Shown here: positions 25,851-37,414 of the stretch, piece by piece
Numbering within the stretch: position 1 is the first letter of the stretch
How the letters are laid out: every line of letters begins with the position of its first letter
Assembly (NCBI GenBank): GCA_013375375.1
Contig: JABXJX010000003.1
Location: 1 to 53,471, forward strand
Length of the DNA stretch: 53,471 nt
Origin: Desulfobacterales bacterium
GTDB lineage: Bacteria > Desulfobacterota > Desulfobacteria > Desulfobacterales > C00003060
Direction of reading: 5' to 3'
Notes under the pieces: model-generated
Told to the model about the DNA's origin: nothing
What the model saw: only the letters and a program-made list of their open reading frames with translations
The model's database searches: none
Translations under genes and position numbers: made by a program

Positions 25851-25885
25851 TGTTGTCTTGTTACGTATGGTTGGAGGTGAGTGAC

Positions 25886-26794
25886 TTGACGGATCGAGAT
25901 GTAACATTTGTTATAATCCCTGAAAACACCTCCCATGTGAAGCAGTTTAAGTTTTCAAGGACTTTCATCATATTTGCTGCCTGCTTTATTGCCCTAGGCA
26001 TCACGGCGGTCTCTGTCATAGTCTATGATTATTGCAAGTTAAAAAGGGCATTACCGTCGATGCGTACCCTTGAGCGTGAAGCCACGGGGCAGCGTACCCA
26101 GATTCAAGCCTTTGCCAAGAAGATCAACACCCTTAGATCAGACATTGTTGCCCTGCAGGAATTTGAGAGAAAGATACGGGTCATTGCCAATGTTGAACGG
26201 CCTGCGGACCAGGATGCCGTCTTTGGCATCGGTGGGTCGATGCCCGAAGATTTGGATGCAAGTCTTCCGTTAACCGAGAAGCATAACAGGTTGCTTCGGC
26301 AAATGCACGCCCAAGCGGAGCATCTCCATGATGCCTCAGCAATCCAGAAGGTGGCGTTTGAGGAACTTCATAAGTACCTGCAAAGCCAAAAATCTTTGCT
26401 TGCGTCAACACCAGCTATTCGGCCGAGCATTGGATGGGTCTCCTCGGGGTTTGGCTATCGCATATCTCCTTTCACCGGCCTGAAAGAGTTTCACCAAGGC
26501 ATCGATATTGCCACCCGGATGGGCACCCCTGTTATTGCACCTGCCGATGGTACTGTTGCGTTTATAGGAACAAAAGGTGGGCTTGGCAAAGCGATGGTGG
26601 TCGACCATGGATACGGTATGGCAACACGATACGGTCACCTGAAAAAATATCTGGTAAAGCAGGGCACCCGAGTCAAGCGTGGAGACAAAATCGCCCTGGT
26701 AGGAAACAGCGGACGAAGCACGGCACCGCACCTGCATTACGAAGTCCACCTTAACGGCATCCCCGTGAATCCGTCAAAGTATATCCTCAACTAA
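25886..26794 (+). CDS. M23-family (LytM) peptidoglycan endopeptidase with N-terminal TM and coiled coil
   Basis: C-terminal HQGIDIA..GTPV.APADG.V...G....G..VVDHGYG..T.YGHL......G..V..GD.I..VG.SG.ST.PHLHYEV. I prefer the TTG start at 25886, 8 nt after GGAGG. Confidence 0.85.
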   Translation: MTDRDVTFVIIPENTSHVKQFKFSRTFIIFAACFIALGITAVSVIVYDYCKLKRALPSMRTLEREATGQRTQIQAFAKKINTLRSDIVALQEFERKIRVIANVERPADQDAVFGIGGSMPEDLDASLPLTEKHNRLLRQMHAQAEHLHDASAIQKVAFEELHKYLQSQKSLLASTPAIRPSIGWVSSGFGYRISPFTGLKEFHQGIDIATRMGTPVIAPADGTVAFIGTKGGLGKAMVVDHGYGMATRYGHLKKYLVKQGTRVKRGDKIALVGNSGRSTAPHLHYEVHLNGIPVNPSKYILN

Positions 26795-26929
26795 ATCCAC
26801 CCGGCATATCTCGCCGCTCAAAATTCCTTTGTTAGCATTAGGATTCTTTGGTATACTACTTTTTTAAATTAGAGTCGGCCGTGTTGATTGAAGTTTTAGT
26901 ATAACCGGAGCGAGGAAATTTTTTGTATT

Positions 26930-29770
26930 ATGCTCGGAAATGTATTGAAAAAAGTATTCGGGAGTAAGAACGAGCGGGAGCTTAACAAGCTTAAGCCGAT
27001 CGTTGAACAAATCAATGCCCTTGAGACGGAGATGCAGGCCCTGAGTGATGACCGGTTAAGGGCTAAGACCCATGCCTTCAAGGAAAGGATTGACCAGGGC
27101 GCCACCCTGGATGAAATCCTTCCAGAGGCCTTTGCCGTGGTCCGAGAAGCCTCGGTTCGCACGTTAAAGATGCGTCATTTTGACGTTCAACTGATTGGAG
27201 GCATTGTGCTCCACCAGGGGAAGATCGCAGAAATGAAGACCGGTGAGGGTAAGACCCTGGCCGCCACGCTCCCGGCATATCTGAATGCCCTGACCGGAAG
27301 AGGCGTGCACGTAGTGACCGTAAATGACTACCTGGCCCGACGGGATACCGAGTGGATGGGGAACATCTACCGTTTTTTGGGCCTGTCGGTCGCAACCATT
27401 ATCCATGGGCTGGACGACTCTCAACGCCAGGAAGCATACAACGCTGACATTACATACGGGACCAACAACGAGTTCGGATTTGACTATTTGCGTGATAATA
27501 TGAAGTTCTCATTGGAATCGATGGTTCAAAGGGATCTCCATTATGCCATCGTGGACGAGGTGGACAGTATCCTTATTGATGAAGCCCGGACTCCTCTGAT
27601 TATTTCGGGTCCGGTTGAACACACCGATGACAGACTGTACGAGGAAGTAAAACCGCAGGCCATAAAGCTGAGACAACACCAGGACCGCATCGTACGCGCA
27701 ATGCTGGATGATGCCTCAAAAGAACTTGTGGAGGAAGGTGAGACAGACGGCGCCCTTGAGCTTTTGCTGAAGGTCAAGCGTGGAGATCCCAAGAATTCGC
27801 GATTTCTAGACTTGGTTGCGAAGCGGCCGGCCTTGAAGAAAAAGCTGGATAAAATCGAGGGGCAGCTCTCCACTGAAAAATTGCTTCCACAAATTGACCA
27901 GGACCTTTTTTGCACGATTGACGAGAATCAAAATCTGGTAGAACTCACGGAGAAAGGTTTCAAGCTCATCTATGGGGGGCACGCTGATGATTATATTATA
28001 CCCGACCTTGACAGTGAGTTGCGAAAGATTGATGAAAGCGACCAGTTGACCGGCATGGAAAAAAAGAGCCAGCGCCGTAAATCCGAAGCTCTCTATCGTG
28101 AAGCTTCCGAGCGGTTTCACATCACACGGCAGTTGATCAAGGCCTACTGGTTATTTAATAAAGATGTGCACTATGTGGTCAAGGACGGGCAAGTCATCAT
28201 CGTGGATGAATTCACCGGTCGAATGATGCCGGGCAGACGCTGGAGCGACGGTTTGCACCAGGCCGTTGAGGCCAAAGAGGGAGTGACCGTGGCCGGGGAG
28301 AACCAGACCCTGGCTACCATCACCTTCCAGAATTACTTCAGGATGTACGACAAATTAGCTGGCATGACCGGCACTGCCGATACCGAGGCCGCGGAATTTA
28401 AGAAAATCTATAATCTGGATGTCATTGTCATCCCCACCAACGAACCAATGATTCGGATTGAGCATCCGGATGTTATTTACAAGACTGAGGCCGAAAAATT
28501 CAAGGCGGCGTTAGGGGAAATCAAGCAACTTCACAAGAAAGGGCAGCCGGTTTTAGTGGGGACCATCTCCATTGAAAGGTCGGAAAATCTGAGCCGAATG
28601 CTGACTAAAACCGGGATTAAGCACGAAGTCTTAAACGCCAAGAATCACGAACGGGAGGCCGATATTGTAGCCATGGCAGGACAAAAAGGACGCCTGACCA
28701 TATCTACCAACATGGCCGGCCGCGGTACCGACATTGTCCTCGGAGACGGGGTCAAGGAACTCGGAGGGCTTCACATCATCGGAACAGAACGGCATGAAAG
28801 CCGTCGTATCGACAACCAACTGAGGGGACGATCCGGCCGCCAGGGGGACCAGGGCTCCTCAAGATTTTATCTCTCCATGGAAGACGACCTCCTGCGTATA
28901 TTCGGGGGCGAGCGTATGTCCTCGATTATGGAACGGCTCGGCATGGAGGAAGGCGAGCCGATTGAACACGGCATGATCAGCAAAGCAATAGAGAGTGCTC
29001 AGCGCAAGGTAGAATCCCACAACTTTGAAATACGCAAACAGCTTCTCAAATATGATGATGTTATGAATCAGCAACGCGAGGTGATCTACAAGCAGCGCCG
29101 TGAGGCATTGACCGGAGAAAGCCTCAAACCCGCCATTGAAGAGATGATACGCGGGTTATCGGAAAAGATTGCCGACGGGTTTGCAGATGAAAAGGTCCTG
29201 CCCGAAGAATGGGATTGGAAAGGCCTAAGAGAGGTTGTTTACAACCAGTTTGGTTTCCGTCTCAACATGGACCGGGACACCATGGACGGCCTCAATCGAG
29301 ACGGGCTTGCCGAGGTGACCTTTGAATCAGCCATAAATGTATATGAAGAAAAGGAGAGGACCTTTGGTGCTGACGAGTTTCGGCAGTTGGAACAGATGAT
29401 TGTGCTTCAGGTCGTGGATAATCTCTGGAAGGAGCATCTCCTTGCCATGGATCACCTGAAAGAAGGCATAGGTCTCCGTGGCTATGCCCAGCAGGACCCG
29501 CTGGTGGTGTACAAGCAAGAAGGCTTCGAGATGTTCATGGACATGATTGAGCGCATCAAGGAAGAAACAGTGAGGTTTCTGTTTCGTGTTCAGGTCGCTC
29601 TGCCCGAGGAGATGGCCGCAAGGGAAAAAGCGAAGGTGGATCAGCTTGTTTGTTCACACGGTGACGAGGTTGCCGGACAACCTGTGCGCCGTTCCAAAAA
29701 GAAAGTCGGCCGCAATCAACCCTGTCCATGCGGGAGTGGAAAGAAGTATAAGAAGTGTTGCGGCAAATAG
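26930..29770 (+). CDS. secA: preprotein translocase ATPase SecA
   Basis: Full-length SecA: [17 protein letters not shown].., ..MKTGEGKTL.. and ..[19 protein letters not shown]... The C-terminal zinc finger is [14 protein letters not shown]. Confidence 0.95.
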   Translation: MLGNVLKKVFGSKNERELNKLKPIVEQINALETEMQALSDDRLRAKTHAFKERIDQGATLDEILPEAFAVVREASVRTLKMRHFDVQLIGGIVLHQGKIAEMKTGEGKTLAATLPAYLNALTGRGVHVVTVNDYLARRDTEWMGNIYRFLGLSVATIIHGLDDSQRQEAYNADITYGTNNEFGFDYLRDNMKFSLESMVQRDLHYAIVDEVDSILIDEARTPLIISGPVEHTDDRLYEEVKPQAIKLRQHQDRIVRAMLDDASKELVEEGETDGALELLLKVKRGDPKNSRFLDLVAKRPALKKKLDKIEGQLSTEKLLPQIDQDLFCTIDENQNLVELTEKGFKLIYGGHADDYIIPDLDSELRKIDESDQLTGMEKKSQRRKSEALYREASERFHITRQLIKAYWLFNKDVHYVVKDGQVIIVDEFTGRMMPGRRWSDGLHQAVEAKEGVTVAGENQTLATITFQNYFRMYDKLAGMTGTADTEAAEFKKIYNLDVIVIPTNEPMIRIEHPDVIYKTEAEKFKAALGEIKQLHKKGQPVLVGTISIERSENLSRMLTKTGIKHEVLNAKNHEREADIVAMAGQKGRLTISTNMAGRGTDIVLGDGVKELGGLHIIGTERHESRRIDNQLRGRSGRQGDQGSSRFYLSMEDDLLRIFGGERMSSIMERLGMEEGEPIEHGMISKAIESAQRKVESHNFEIRKQLLKYDDVMNQQREVIYKQRREALTGESLKPAIEEMIRGLSEKIADGFADEKVLPEEWDWKGLREVVYNQFGFRLNMDRDTMDGLNRDGLAEVTFESAINVYEEKERTFGADEFRQLEQMIVLQVVDNLWKEHLLAMDHLKEGIGLRGYAQQDPLVVYKQEGFEMFMDMIERIKEETVRFLFRVQVALPEEMAAREKAKVDQLVCSHGDEVAGQPVRRSKKKVGRNQPCPCGSGKKYKKCCGK

Positions 29771-29774
29771 GTTA

Positions 29775-29824
29775 CTCGTTGCTGGTTGCTCGTTAAAACC
29801 AGTAACGAGGAACGAGGAACGAGG
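29775..29824 (+). repeat. CTCGTT x2 / AACGAGG x3 complementary repeat cluster overlapping the argJ RBS
   Basis: CTCGTT occurs at 29775-29780 and 29789-29794. AACGAGG is tandem at 29804-29824. The last copy supplies the GAGGAA RBS of argJ. Confidence 0.6.
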
Positions 29825-29826
29825 AA

Positions 29827-31008
29827 ATGAAATTGCAAGTTCCGGGATTTAAGGCAGGTGCTGTTGCTGCCGGGCTTAAAAAGGACGGGAGCAAGGACCT
29901 GTGCATAATCTTCTCCGAGGTGCCTGCCTGTGCAGCCGGTGTTTTTACTACCAATCAGGTACAGGCGGCCCCTGTTCTTCTTAGCAAAGAGCGGATCAAA
30001 TCGGGACGTTGTCAGGCCGTTGTGGCAAACAGCGGCAGCGCCAATGCGTGTACAGGCAAACAAGGAATAGAAGATGCCGAGGCTGTGGCACGCGTAGCAG
30101 CAGAAGCCCTTGGGATACCGGAGGAGCTGGTGCAGGTGGCGTCAACTGGTGTCATTGGCCGGCCCCTGAATGTTTCTGCAATTAAGGCTGTCATGCCGAA
30201 GCTTGCCGACCAGCTCAGCCCCACAGGACTTTATGACGTCGCGCAGGCTATCATGACTACCGATACCGTTCCCAAGACCGTTTCAAAACAGGGTAGTATA
30301 GGTGACAAGACCTTTACCGTGGCTGCCGTGGCCAAAGGGGCCGGGATGATTCAACCGAATATGGCCACCATGCTCTGTTTTGTCTGCACGGACATAGGGG
30401 CAAATCTGGATCTTTTAGGGCAGGCCCTGAATGATGCGGTGGCGACATCGTTTAATACTATCACAGTCGACGGGGACACAAGCACTAATGATACAGTCCT
30501 TCTTCTTGCCAACGGCCTGTCCAGTTTAAGCCTGGACGAGGCTGCGTGTGCCACAGCCTTTCAGAAGATCTTGAATGAGATTCTCTTCACACTTGCCTTA
30601 CAGATCGTCAGGGACGGGGAAGGTGCTACCAAACTGGCGGACATTCGGGTGACAGGGGCATCAAGCAAGGCTGATGCTGCGAGGGTGGCTTACACGGTTG
30701 CCAATTCCCTTTTGGTGAAGACGGCCCTTTTTGGGGAGGATGCCAACTGGGGGCGCATCATGGCCGCCGTGGGCCGCTCAGGCGTACCGATTACTCAGGG
30801 GAGGATCGATATTTGTTTCGACAATGTATACATGGTCAAAAACGGGCAGGGCTGTGGAGAAGATGCCGAGGCGGCTGCTACCGGAGTCTTGAAGGCCGAT
30901 CGCTTCACGATTACTATTGATTTAAAGATGGGCAACAAGGCTGCAACCGTTCATACCTGCGATCTTTCCACGGATTATGTGAGGATTAATGCCGACTATC
31001 GGTCATAG
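29827..31008 (+). CDS. argJ: bifunctional glutamate N-acetyltransferase / amino-acid acetyltransferase ArgJ
   Basis: GFKAGAVAAGLKK.., ..ANSGSANACTG.., ..KGAGMIQPNMATML.. (autoprocessing site) and ..DYVRINADYRS. Confidence 0.9.
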   Translation: MKLQVPGFKAGAVAAGLKKDGSKDLCIIFSEVPACAAGVFTTNQVQAAPVLLSKERIKSGRCQAVVANSGSANACTGKQGIEDAEAVARVAAEALGIPEELVQVASTGVIGRPLNVSAIKAVMPKLADQLSPTGLYDVAQAIMTTDTVPKTVSKQGSIGDKTFTVAAVAKGAGMIQPNMATMLCFVCTDIGANLDLLGQALNDAVATSFNTITVDGDTSTNDTVLLLANGLSSLSLDEAACATAFQKILNEILFTLALQIVRDGEGATKLADIRVTGASSKADAARVAYTVANSLLVKTALFGEDANWGRIMAAVGRSGVPITQGRIDICFDNVYMVKNGQGCGEDAEAAATGVLKADRFTITIDLKMGNKAATVHTCDLSTDYVRINADYRS

Positions 31009-31026
31009 GGGAGTTATACGGACAAC

Positions 31027-31596
31027 ATGAAAATCAAGCGTTATAGCCTGACAGCGCTGATCATTTTTTGCATTCTTGCAGGGGGGCTCTTCGCTTATAG
31101 TTACAAAGTCTTTTTGTCGACAGCGGAGAAGGATGCGTCCGAAACCAGGCCCAGGAAGTTTCTTGCAAAACGAGCCAAGGTGAGGACTCATCTCTATTTT
31201 TTGGGCGCCAATCATCGATTTCTCAAGGCTGAGGAACGTAGCCTGGTGCAACAGGATAGCGTGGTTGAGCGCGCCAGAAGCATCATTTATGCCCTGATTG
31301 ATGGGCCAAAGGGTGAACTCCTGCCCACTGTTCCGGCTGAAACACGGCTTGTAGCTCTTTATGTAACCGAAGATGGTATCGCCTATGTCGATTTTGACAG
31401 GGCCATAAGAGAGAAGCACCCCGGTGGTAGTTTGAGCGAACTGTTCACGATATTTTCTATTGTCAACACCCTTACCCTCAATGTCCCTGAAATCAAGGCC
31501 GTAAAGATCCTGATCGAAGGGAACGAGGCCAAAACGCTGGCGGGCCATATCGATATTCGGTCTCCTTTTCGACCGGATATCCTTATGATCAAATAA
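31027..31596 (+). CDS. GerMN-domain protein (secreted or anchored)
   Basis: N-terminal hydrophobic anchor, then a GerMN-like segment (..[55 protein letters not shown]). Confidence 0.65.
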   Translation: MKIKRYSLTALIIFCILAGGLFAYSYKVFLSTAEKDASETRPRKFLAKRAKVRTHLYFLGANHRFLKAEERSLVQQDSVVERARSIIYALIDGPKGELLPTVPAETRLVALYVTEDGIAYVDFDRAIREKHPGGSLSELFTIFSIVNTLTLNVPEIKAVKILIEGNEAKTLAGHIDIRSPFRPDILMIK

Positions 31597-31637
31597 TATT
31601 TATAAAATTATCACGAAAGCACGAAAGAGGCAAATAC

Positions 31638-33692
31638 TTGGGGAAAAGTTTACCTATCAGCAAGATTCGAAACATCGGCATTATTGCCCATATTGATGCG
31701 GGCAAGACCACCATCACAGAGCGTATACTCTACTATACGGGGCGATCCTACAAGATGGGCGAAGTTCACAATGGTGAGGCGGTCATGGACTGGATGCCGG
31801 ATGAGCAGGAGCGCGGAATCACCATCACCTCGGCAGTGACAACTTGCCACTGGGAAGGTGCCGAGATCCACATCATTGACACGCCGGGGCATGTCGATTT
31901 TACCATTGAGGTGGAGCGGTCTCTCAGGGTTTTAGATGGTGCGATCGGTGTATTCTGTGCGGTCGGGGGGGTACAACCCCAGTCAGAGACGGTCTGGCAT
32001 CAGGCGGACAAATACCGTGTGCCGAAGATTGCCTTTGTAAACAAGTTGGATCGTGCCGGGGCCGATTTCTTTGGAACCGTTCGGATGATGTCTGATCGCC
32101 TGGGGGCCAACCCTCTCATAATGCAGATACCGGTTGGGATCGAGGACTCCTTTCAAGGGGTGATTGATCTGTTGAGCATGAAACGACTTGTCTGGGATGA
32201 AGAGACATTGGGGGCCACTTTCAGGGTCACGGAGATTCCAGAAGGTTTGAAGGAAAAAGCCGTTCAATACCAGGAAAAGCTGATTGAGTCAGTGGCGGAA
32301 TTCAACGACCAAATCATGGAAGCCTATCTGGCCGATGCCCCTGTGACGGACGAGATGCTTGTTCCCGGCATCCGAAAGGCCACCGCTTCTCTGAAGCTTG
32401 TCCCTGTGTTTTGCGGCGCTGCACTCAAGAATAGGGGGATACAGCCGCTTCTGGATGGTATTGTTGATTTTCTTCCGAGCCCCTTGGACGTGCCGCCTGT
32501 GGAGGGGGTAGACCCAAACACAGGGCAGGTAAAGAAGCCCCACCCCTCGGACCAGTCACCTTTGGCTGCGTTGGTGTTTAAGGTCATGATGGACCAGGGG
32601 CGGAGATTAAACTATGTGCGGATCTATTCAGGCCGGCTAAAGGCGGGCGACGAGGTTCTCAGCCCCGCAAAACAAACAAAAGAAAAAGTGGCAAGAATTC
32701 TTGCCATGCACGCCAACAAGCGCGAGCGTATCGATGAGGCGGGTGTCGGAAATATCGTGGGAGTTGTAGGCCTGAAGGCCTCCGTTACCGGCGACACCCT
32801 TTGTGATCCGTCAGACGCTATTGTGCTTGAACCGATCGATGCCTACGAGCCTGTGATCTCTGTGGCTGTGGAGCCCAAGACTCATGCTGATCAGGAAAAA
32901 ATTGATCTGGCCCTTAGCAAGCTGGAGGCCGAAGATCCTACATTTCGGGTCAAGCATGATGATGACACCGGCCAGGTTATCATCTCCGGTATGGGAGAGC
33001 TTCACCTTGAGATCCTGGTAGGACGTTTAAAACGTGAGTTTAATACACAAGTCAATGTTGGCAAGCCTCATGTTGTTTGTAAGGAAACCGTCAAACACGC
33101 GGTCCAGGCTACTGCCGTATTTGAAAAAGAGATTGGGGGTAATCGTCACTTTGGCGAGGTGGTACTCGATCTATCGCCCAGGGAGCGAGGCAGGGGGAAT
33201 CGGTTTATAAACAACTTGCCTGACGAATCGTTGCCCACGGACTTTGTTCCGGCTATTGAACAGGGTGTGATGGAATCGTTGGAAAGTGGTGTGCTCCAGG
33301 GATACCCTGTTGTTGATGTGGCGGTCGCCCTGGTTGGCGGCACGCACAGGGAATCTTTTTCCAGTGATTTGGCCTTCAAGGTAGCTGCCTCAATGGCTTG
33401 CAAGGACGCGCTTCAAAAGTCAACCCCGGTTCTGCTGGAACCGATTATGGCTGCGGAGATCCTGGCCCCTGAGGACTTTATGGGGGATGTTATCGGGGAT
33501 ATTAACGCACGAGGAGGCAAGGTTGAGAACTTAGAGCGAAGGGGTAAGATACAGATCATAAAAGCAATGATGCCTTTGTCTAAGATGTTCGGCTATTCAA
33601 CAGCCCTCCGGTCCGCCACCCAGGGGCGTGGGACCTTTACCATACACTTTTCTCATTACGATCGTGCCCTTGAGCCTTTGAAAGCTCTTTAA
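31638..33692 (+). CDS. fusA: elongation factor G (EF-G paralog)
   Basis: TTG start after AAGAGG. Motifs: [24 protein letters not shown] and NKLDR, followed by domains II-V of EF-G. Confidence 0.9.
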   Translation: MGKSLPISKIRNIGIIAHIDAGKTTITERILYYTGRSYKMGEVHNGEAVMDWMPDEQERGITITSAVTTCHWEGAEIHIIDTPGHVDFTIEVERSLRVLDGAIGVFCAVGGVQPQSETVWHQADKYRVPKIAFVNKLDRAGADFFGTVRMMSDRLGANPLIMQIPVGIEDSFQGVIDLLSMKRLVWDEETLGATFRVTEIPEGLKEKAVQYQEKLIESVAEFNDQIMEAYLADAPVTDEMLVPGIRKATASLKLVPVFCGAALKNRGIQPLLDGIVDFLPSPLDVPPVEGVDPNTGQVKKPHPSDQSPLAALVFKVMMDQGRRLNYVRIYSGRLKAGDEVLSPAKQTKEKVARILAMHANKRERIDEAGVGNIVGVVGLKASVTGDTLCDPSDAIVLEPIDAYEPVISVAVEPKTHADQEKIDLALSKLEAEDPTFRVKHDDDTGQVIISGMGELHLEILVGRLKREFNTQVNVGKPHVVCKETVKHAVQATAVFEKEIGGNRHFGEVVLDLSPRERGRGNRFINNLPDESLPTDFVPAIEQGVMESLESGVLQGYPVVDVAVALVGGTHRESFSSDLAFKVAASMACKDALQKSTPVLLEPIMAAEILAPEDFMGDVIGDINARGGKVENLERRGKIQIIKAMMPLSKMFGYSTALRSATQGRGTFTIHFSHYDRALEPLKAL

Positions 33693-35079
33693 GGGCCTTC
33701 TCAATGACAAGCCTTTTTGCATGGTCTTTTGCCAGCAGATTAAGGGCACGATTCAGGTGGAACCCGGCATTTTTGGATCGCCCTTTTTCCTTATAGTAGA
33801 TCCCGAGGTAGTAGTGGGCCTCTCCGAGCTTGCCTAACTTTCCGTACGTTTCTCCGAGATAATAGGTGCCGGGCAAATAATCGGGCGCCGTATTCACCAG
33901 GGTTTTAAAACTCTCCAACGCCCCTTGCAGGTCCCTTGTTTCCATTTGTGCTCGGCCCAATAGAAACCATCCCTCCGGGTCCTTTGGGTTGAAGGCAAGA
34001 GCCCCCTTAAGGGCCTTTAAGGCATTGGCATAATCGCCCGCGTGAAAATAGGTCTTGCCCAGGTCGCGGAGAAAGTCTGAATCCAGGGGTCGCAATTGCA
34101 GGGCTCTTTTTAGGTTCTCTACCGCCTCTTTTTTATTACCGCCTCGGCCGAGAACAAGGCCTTTGCCATAATATGAGAAGGCGTCTTCAGGGTTTTTTCG
34201 GAGTTGAGAATCGAATGTGTTGTGAGCTGCCCCGGCATCACCATAAAGGGCGATCAACATGGTGTGGACCTTGCGGAAGTCTATCGGATCTATAGGCCGG
34301 TTCGATTTGATCCATTCGGGGTTGGCCTGGGCCCACGTGTCAAGGCAAGCCATCCTCGTCTCAATAGCCGGGTGGGTGCTCAAGTAAGAGGGAATATGTT
34401 CAGGGCCGAACCATCGTTTGGCGCGGATTTTTTGTAAAATCTTAAGGAGTCCCCCACCGCCGTATCCAGCCTTGGTAAGGTATTTGAGGCCGACCTGATC
34501 GGCCTCGGTTTCGTTCTCGCGGCTGTATTTCAGGGAAAGGGACTGGCCGGCCGCAATGGAACTCGAGGTAATAGCACCTGAGGCCGCGGGGCTTCCGCCC
34601 AGAAAGATTCCGGTCAGAACGCCGGCCAGCGTGACGAGCCCGATCTTTTTGGACCGTTCTATCTGTTTGGAGATATGACGGCACGATACATGAGCAATCT
34701 CGTGGGCAAGAATGCCGGCCAGTTCTTCTTCACTCTCCATGGCAGCGAGGAGCCCGCTGTTAATGAACACGTGGCCCGCAGGCGCGGCAAAAGCATTGTA
34801 AACATCTTCCTTAAGGATGTAGAAATGAAAATCAAAAAGGGGGGATGGGGACTGTGCCACAATGTGCCGGCCTATCCTGTTGACATAGTTTATGATAGAG
34901 GGATCTTCAATGAATACGCGGTGTTTTTTCACATAGAGCATGAGTTTCTTGCCCAGCTCCTTTTCTTGCTTGGTCGTCAAGTAGATATGAGACGAGGAAT
35001 ACGGATAGGCTTCGGGGACGCTCCTTATGACAATTACTGTTATAAGGAGAGCGACTATGGTCATTCTTGCAAAACGCAT
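33637..35079 (-). CDS. M48-family metalloprotease with C-terminal TPR repeats (BepA/YfgC-like)
   Basis: [10 protein letters not shown] (HExxH), ..NETEADQVG.. and about 5 TPR-like repeats. The start is uncertain: ATG 35079 gives a signal-peptide-like [12 protein letters not shown], and a GTG at 35127 is also open. Confidence 0.8.
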   Translation of the reverse strand: MRFARMTIVALLITVIVIRSVPEAYPYSSSHIYLTTKQEKELGKKLMLYVKKHRVFIEDPSIINYVNRIGRHIVAQSPSPLFDFHFYILKEDVYNAFAAPAGHVFINSGLLAAMESEEELAGILAHEIAHVSCRHISKQIERSKKIGLVTLAGVLTGIFLGGSPAASGAITSSSIAAGQSLSLKYSRENETEADQVGLKYLTKAGYGGGGLLKILQKIRAKRWFGPEHIPSYLSTHPAIETRMACLDTWAQANPEWIKSNRPIDPIDFRKVHTMLIALYGDAGAAHNTFDSQLRKNPEDAFSYYGKGLVLGRGGNKKEAVENLKRALQLRPLDSDFLRDLGKTYFHAGDYANALKALKGALAFNPKDPEGWFLLGRAQMETRDLQGALESFKTLVNTAPDYLPGTYYLGETYGKLGKLGEAHYYLGIYYKEKGRSKNAGFHLNRALNLLAKDHAKRLVIEKALKELSKAQGHDRNEKSVW

Positions 35080-35247
35080 GATTGAATTGGTTGGTTGCGA
35101 GCCCCCATCAGGATGGACTAAGTACACTTTATTTCATAACATAACGATGGGCAATGAATAAATCAAGGTAAACCTGAACGCCCTCTTTTTCCTGGCCAAG
35201 GTGTTATAACTTTGAAAAAGGCCGATTTTATGGTAGAAATTTTTTCC

Positions 35248-36024
35248 ATGAGTCACATTATTTGCATAGCCAATCAAAAAGGGGGCGTGGGCAAAACCAC
35301 CACCGCGGTGAATCTTGGCGCTGCCCTTGCTATAGCCGAGCACAATACCCTGCTCATTGACTGCGACCCCCAGGGAAACGCTACGACCGGCGTGGGCATA
35401 AACAAGGCCGAGCTTACAAAGAACCTCTATCACGGCTTGATTCAAAAGGAGTCCGCTGAAGACCTTGTGGTAGATACGGATTTGGACTATCTAAAGGTCA
35501 TCCCTGCAGGTATCGACCTGATCGGAGCTGAGGTAGAGTTGATTTCACAGCCGAATCGGGAAACCTATCTCCAGGATCTCTTAAAACAGCTTGCCGACGA
35601 TTACGCTTACATACTGCTTGATTGTCCTCCTTCATTGAACATTCTTACTGTAAATGCCTTGACCGCAGCTCACACTTTGTTGGTTCCGCTACAGTGCGAA
35701 TTTTATGCCTTAGAAGGCCTGAGCCAACTCCTTCAGACCTTCAAGCGCATCAAGGGGTACCTGAACCCCGGGCTTGAGATTGAAGGGGTCCTCCTGACCA
35801 TGTTCGATAAGCGCAACAACCTTTCGCATCAGGTTGCGGAAGAGGCCGAGAAGTACTTTAAGAATTTGGTTTTCAAGACACGCATACCGAGAAACGTGAG
35901 GCTTGGAGAAGCCCCCAGTTTTGGCAAACCGATACTCCTTTACGATATCGCATCACAGGGGGCCCAGGGCTATCTGGCGCTGGGCAAAGAAATCATGAAT
36001 GGACGGAGGGAAAAGCATGCCTAA
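35248..36024 (+). CDS. parA: chromosome-partitioning ATPase ParA/Soj
   Basis: IICIANQKGGVGKTTTAVNL is the deviant Walker A, followed by DCDPQGN.. and ..LLDCPPSL. I prefer the ATG at 35248. Confidence 0.9.
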   Translation: MSHIICIANQKGGVGKTTTAVNLGAALAIAEHNTLLIDCDPQGNATTGVGINKAELTKNLYHGLIQKESAEDLVVDTDLDYLKVIPAGIDLIGAEVELISQPNRETYLQDLLKQLADDYAYILLDCPPSLNILTVNALTAAHTLLVPLQCEFYALEGLSQLLQTFKRIKGYLNPGLEIEGVLLTMFDKRNNLSHQVAEEAEKYFKNLVFKTRIPRNVRLGEAPSFGKPILLYDIASQGAQGYLALGKEIMNGRREKHA

Positions 36025-36877
36025 GAAACGCGTGTTGGGCCGGGGCCTGGACGCCCTCATACCTGATACGGAAAAATTGGACTTTGAGCCAAGGTCTTTT
36101 TTTGATTGTGAGATCGACTCGATTCGGCCCAACCCGTATCAGCCCAGGCGGCGTTTCTCCGATCAGGAGCTAAAGGACTTATCAGACTCCATCAAAGAGA
36201 AGGGTGTTATTCAGCCGCTTGTTGTGCGCACGGTTCCCACGGGCTATGAATTGATAGTTGGAGAGCGCAGATGGCGGGCAGCCCGTATGGCCGGGGTCAA
36301 ACAGGTGCCGGTGGTCGTCAAGGACGTCTCCACTTCCGAAATGCTGGAGATGGCTTTGGTTGAAAACATTCAACGGGAGGACCTGAATCCTTTGGAGAAG
36401 GCTGATGCATATTATCGCTTGATCAAGGAATTTGGCCTCACCCAGCAGGAGGTAGCCAAGCGCGTGGGGCAGGATCGTTCAACTGTGGCCAATTTTTTGC
36501 GGCTTCGCAATCTGCCGAAGCCCATCCAGGCCGATATAATTAATAACACCTTAAGTATGGGCCACGCGAGGGCGCTTCTAAGTGCTGAGACACCCGCGCA
36601 ACAAAAAGAGGCTTGGCGCCGCATCGTTTCCGGGAATATTTCCGTCAGGGCTGCCGAAGCCTTGATCAAAAGACTCAAAGACCACAAGCCCAAGGCTTTG
36701 AGGGCAAAGGATAAGACATCAGAGGACGTCTATGTTGAAAGCTTAGCCGATGATCTGACTATGCACCTTGGCACCAAGGTGCGTATCATACGGCGGGGGG
36801 AGAGGGGAAGGCTTGAGATTGAGTTTTACGGCAATGAGGACCTGGAACGGTTGATCGCCCGGCTGAAGGCTTTATAA
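36017..36877 (+). CDS. parB: chromosome-partitioning protein ParB/Spo0J
   Basis: LGRGLDALI, ..NPYQPRR.F, ..GVIQPLVVR, ..GERRWRAA and an HTH (QQEVAKRVGQDRSTVANFLRL). It overlaps parA by 8 nt. Confidence 0.9.
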   Translation: MPKKRVLGRGLDALIPDTEKLDFEPRSFFDCEIDSIRPNPYQPRRRFSDQELKDLSDSIKEKGVIQPLVVRTVPTGYELIVGERRWRAARMAGVKQVPVVVKDVSTSEMLEMALVENIQREDLNPLEKADAYYRLIKEFGLTQQEVAKRVGQDRSTVANFLRLRNLPKPIQADIINNTLSMGHARALLSAETPAQQKEAWRRIVSGNISVRAAEALIKRLKDHKPKALRAKDKTSEDVYVESLADDLTMHLGTKVRIIRRGERGRLEIEFYGNEDLERLIARLKAL

Positions 36878-36886
36878 CAATCTTTT

Positions 36887-37414
36887 ATGTCTGTTCACAT
36901 CGTGATAGATGGATACAACCTGATTCGTCAGTCTCCCACCTTGAGCACCATTGAATACAGCAGTTTGGAGAAAGGCCGGGAGGCGCTTCTCGAACGTCTG
37001 GTATTTTACAAGAGGATCAAGCATCACTCTATTACAGTGGTCTTTGACGGGGCAAATGCCGATACCCACATGGAACGAAGAACCCGCCGGAAGGGAATCA
37101 ATGTTGTCTTTTCGCGCCCGGGGGAGCTGGCCGACAGCGTGATCAAACGCATAGTGACCCGTGAACGGGAGCGGGCCGTTGTTGTGACATCCGACAGGGA
37201 GGTTGCCGATTTTGCCGCCAAAAAAGGGGCGGCGACTGTAGACTCAATAGAATTTGAAAACAAGATGAAGATGGCCACATACCCTGATATGAATGAAGTC
37301 GATTTTGCGGAGATAGAAGACAAGGGTTGGATACCCACCACAAAAAAGAAAGGACCGTCGCGCCGCCTATCAAAGCGACAGCGCAAGAAGAGTTCCAGGA
37401 CAAGAAAGCTTTAG
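36887..37414 (+). CDS. NYN-domain (YacP/Rae1-like) predicted RNase
   Basis: VIDGYNLI.., ..VVFDGA.. and ..VVFS..GELADSVI......VVVTSDREV, with a basic C-terminal tail. Confidence 0.75.
   Translation: MSVHIVIDGYNLIRQSPTLSTIEYSSLEKGREALLERLVFYKRIKHHSITVVFDGANADTHMERRTRRKGINVVFSRPGELADSVIKRIVTRERERAVVVTSDREVADFAAKKGAATVDSIEFENKMKMATYPDMNEVDFAEIEDKGWIPTTKKKGPSRRLSKRQRKKSSRTRKL

Noticed and set aside
35100-36900. A parS centromere site (TGTTNCACGTGAAACA-like) near parAB.
   Set aside because: I saw no 16-bp match or near match in or around parA/parB. The closest motif (TGTTCACATCGTGATA at about 36891) deviates too much.
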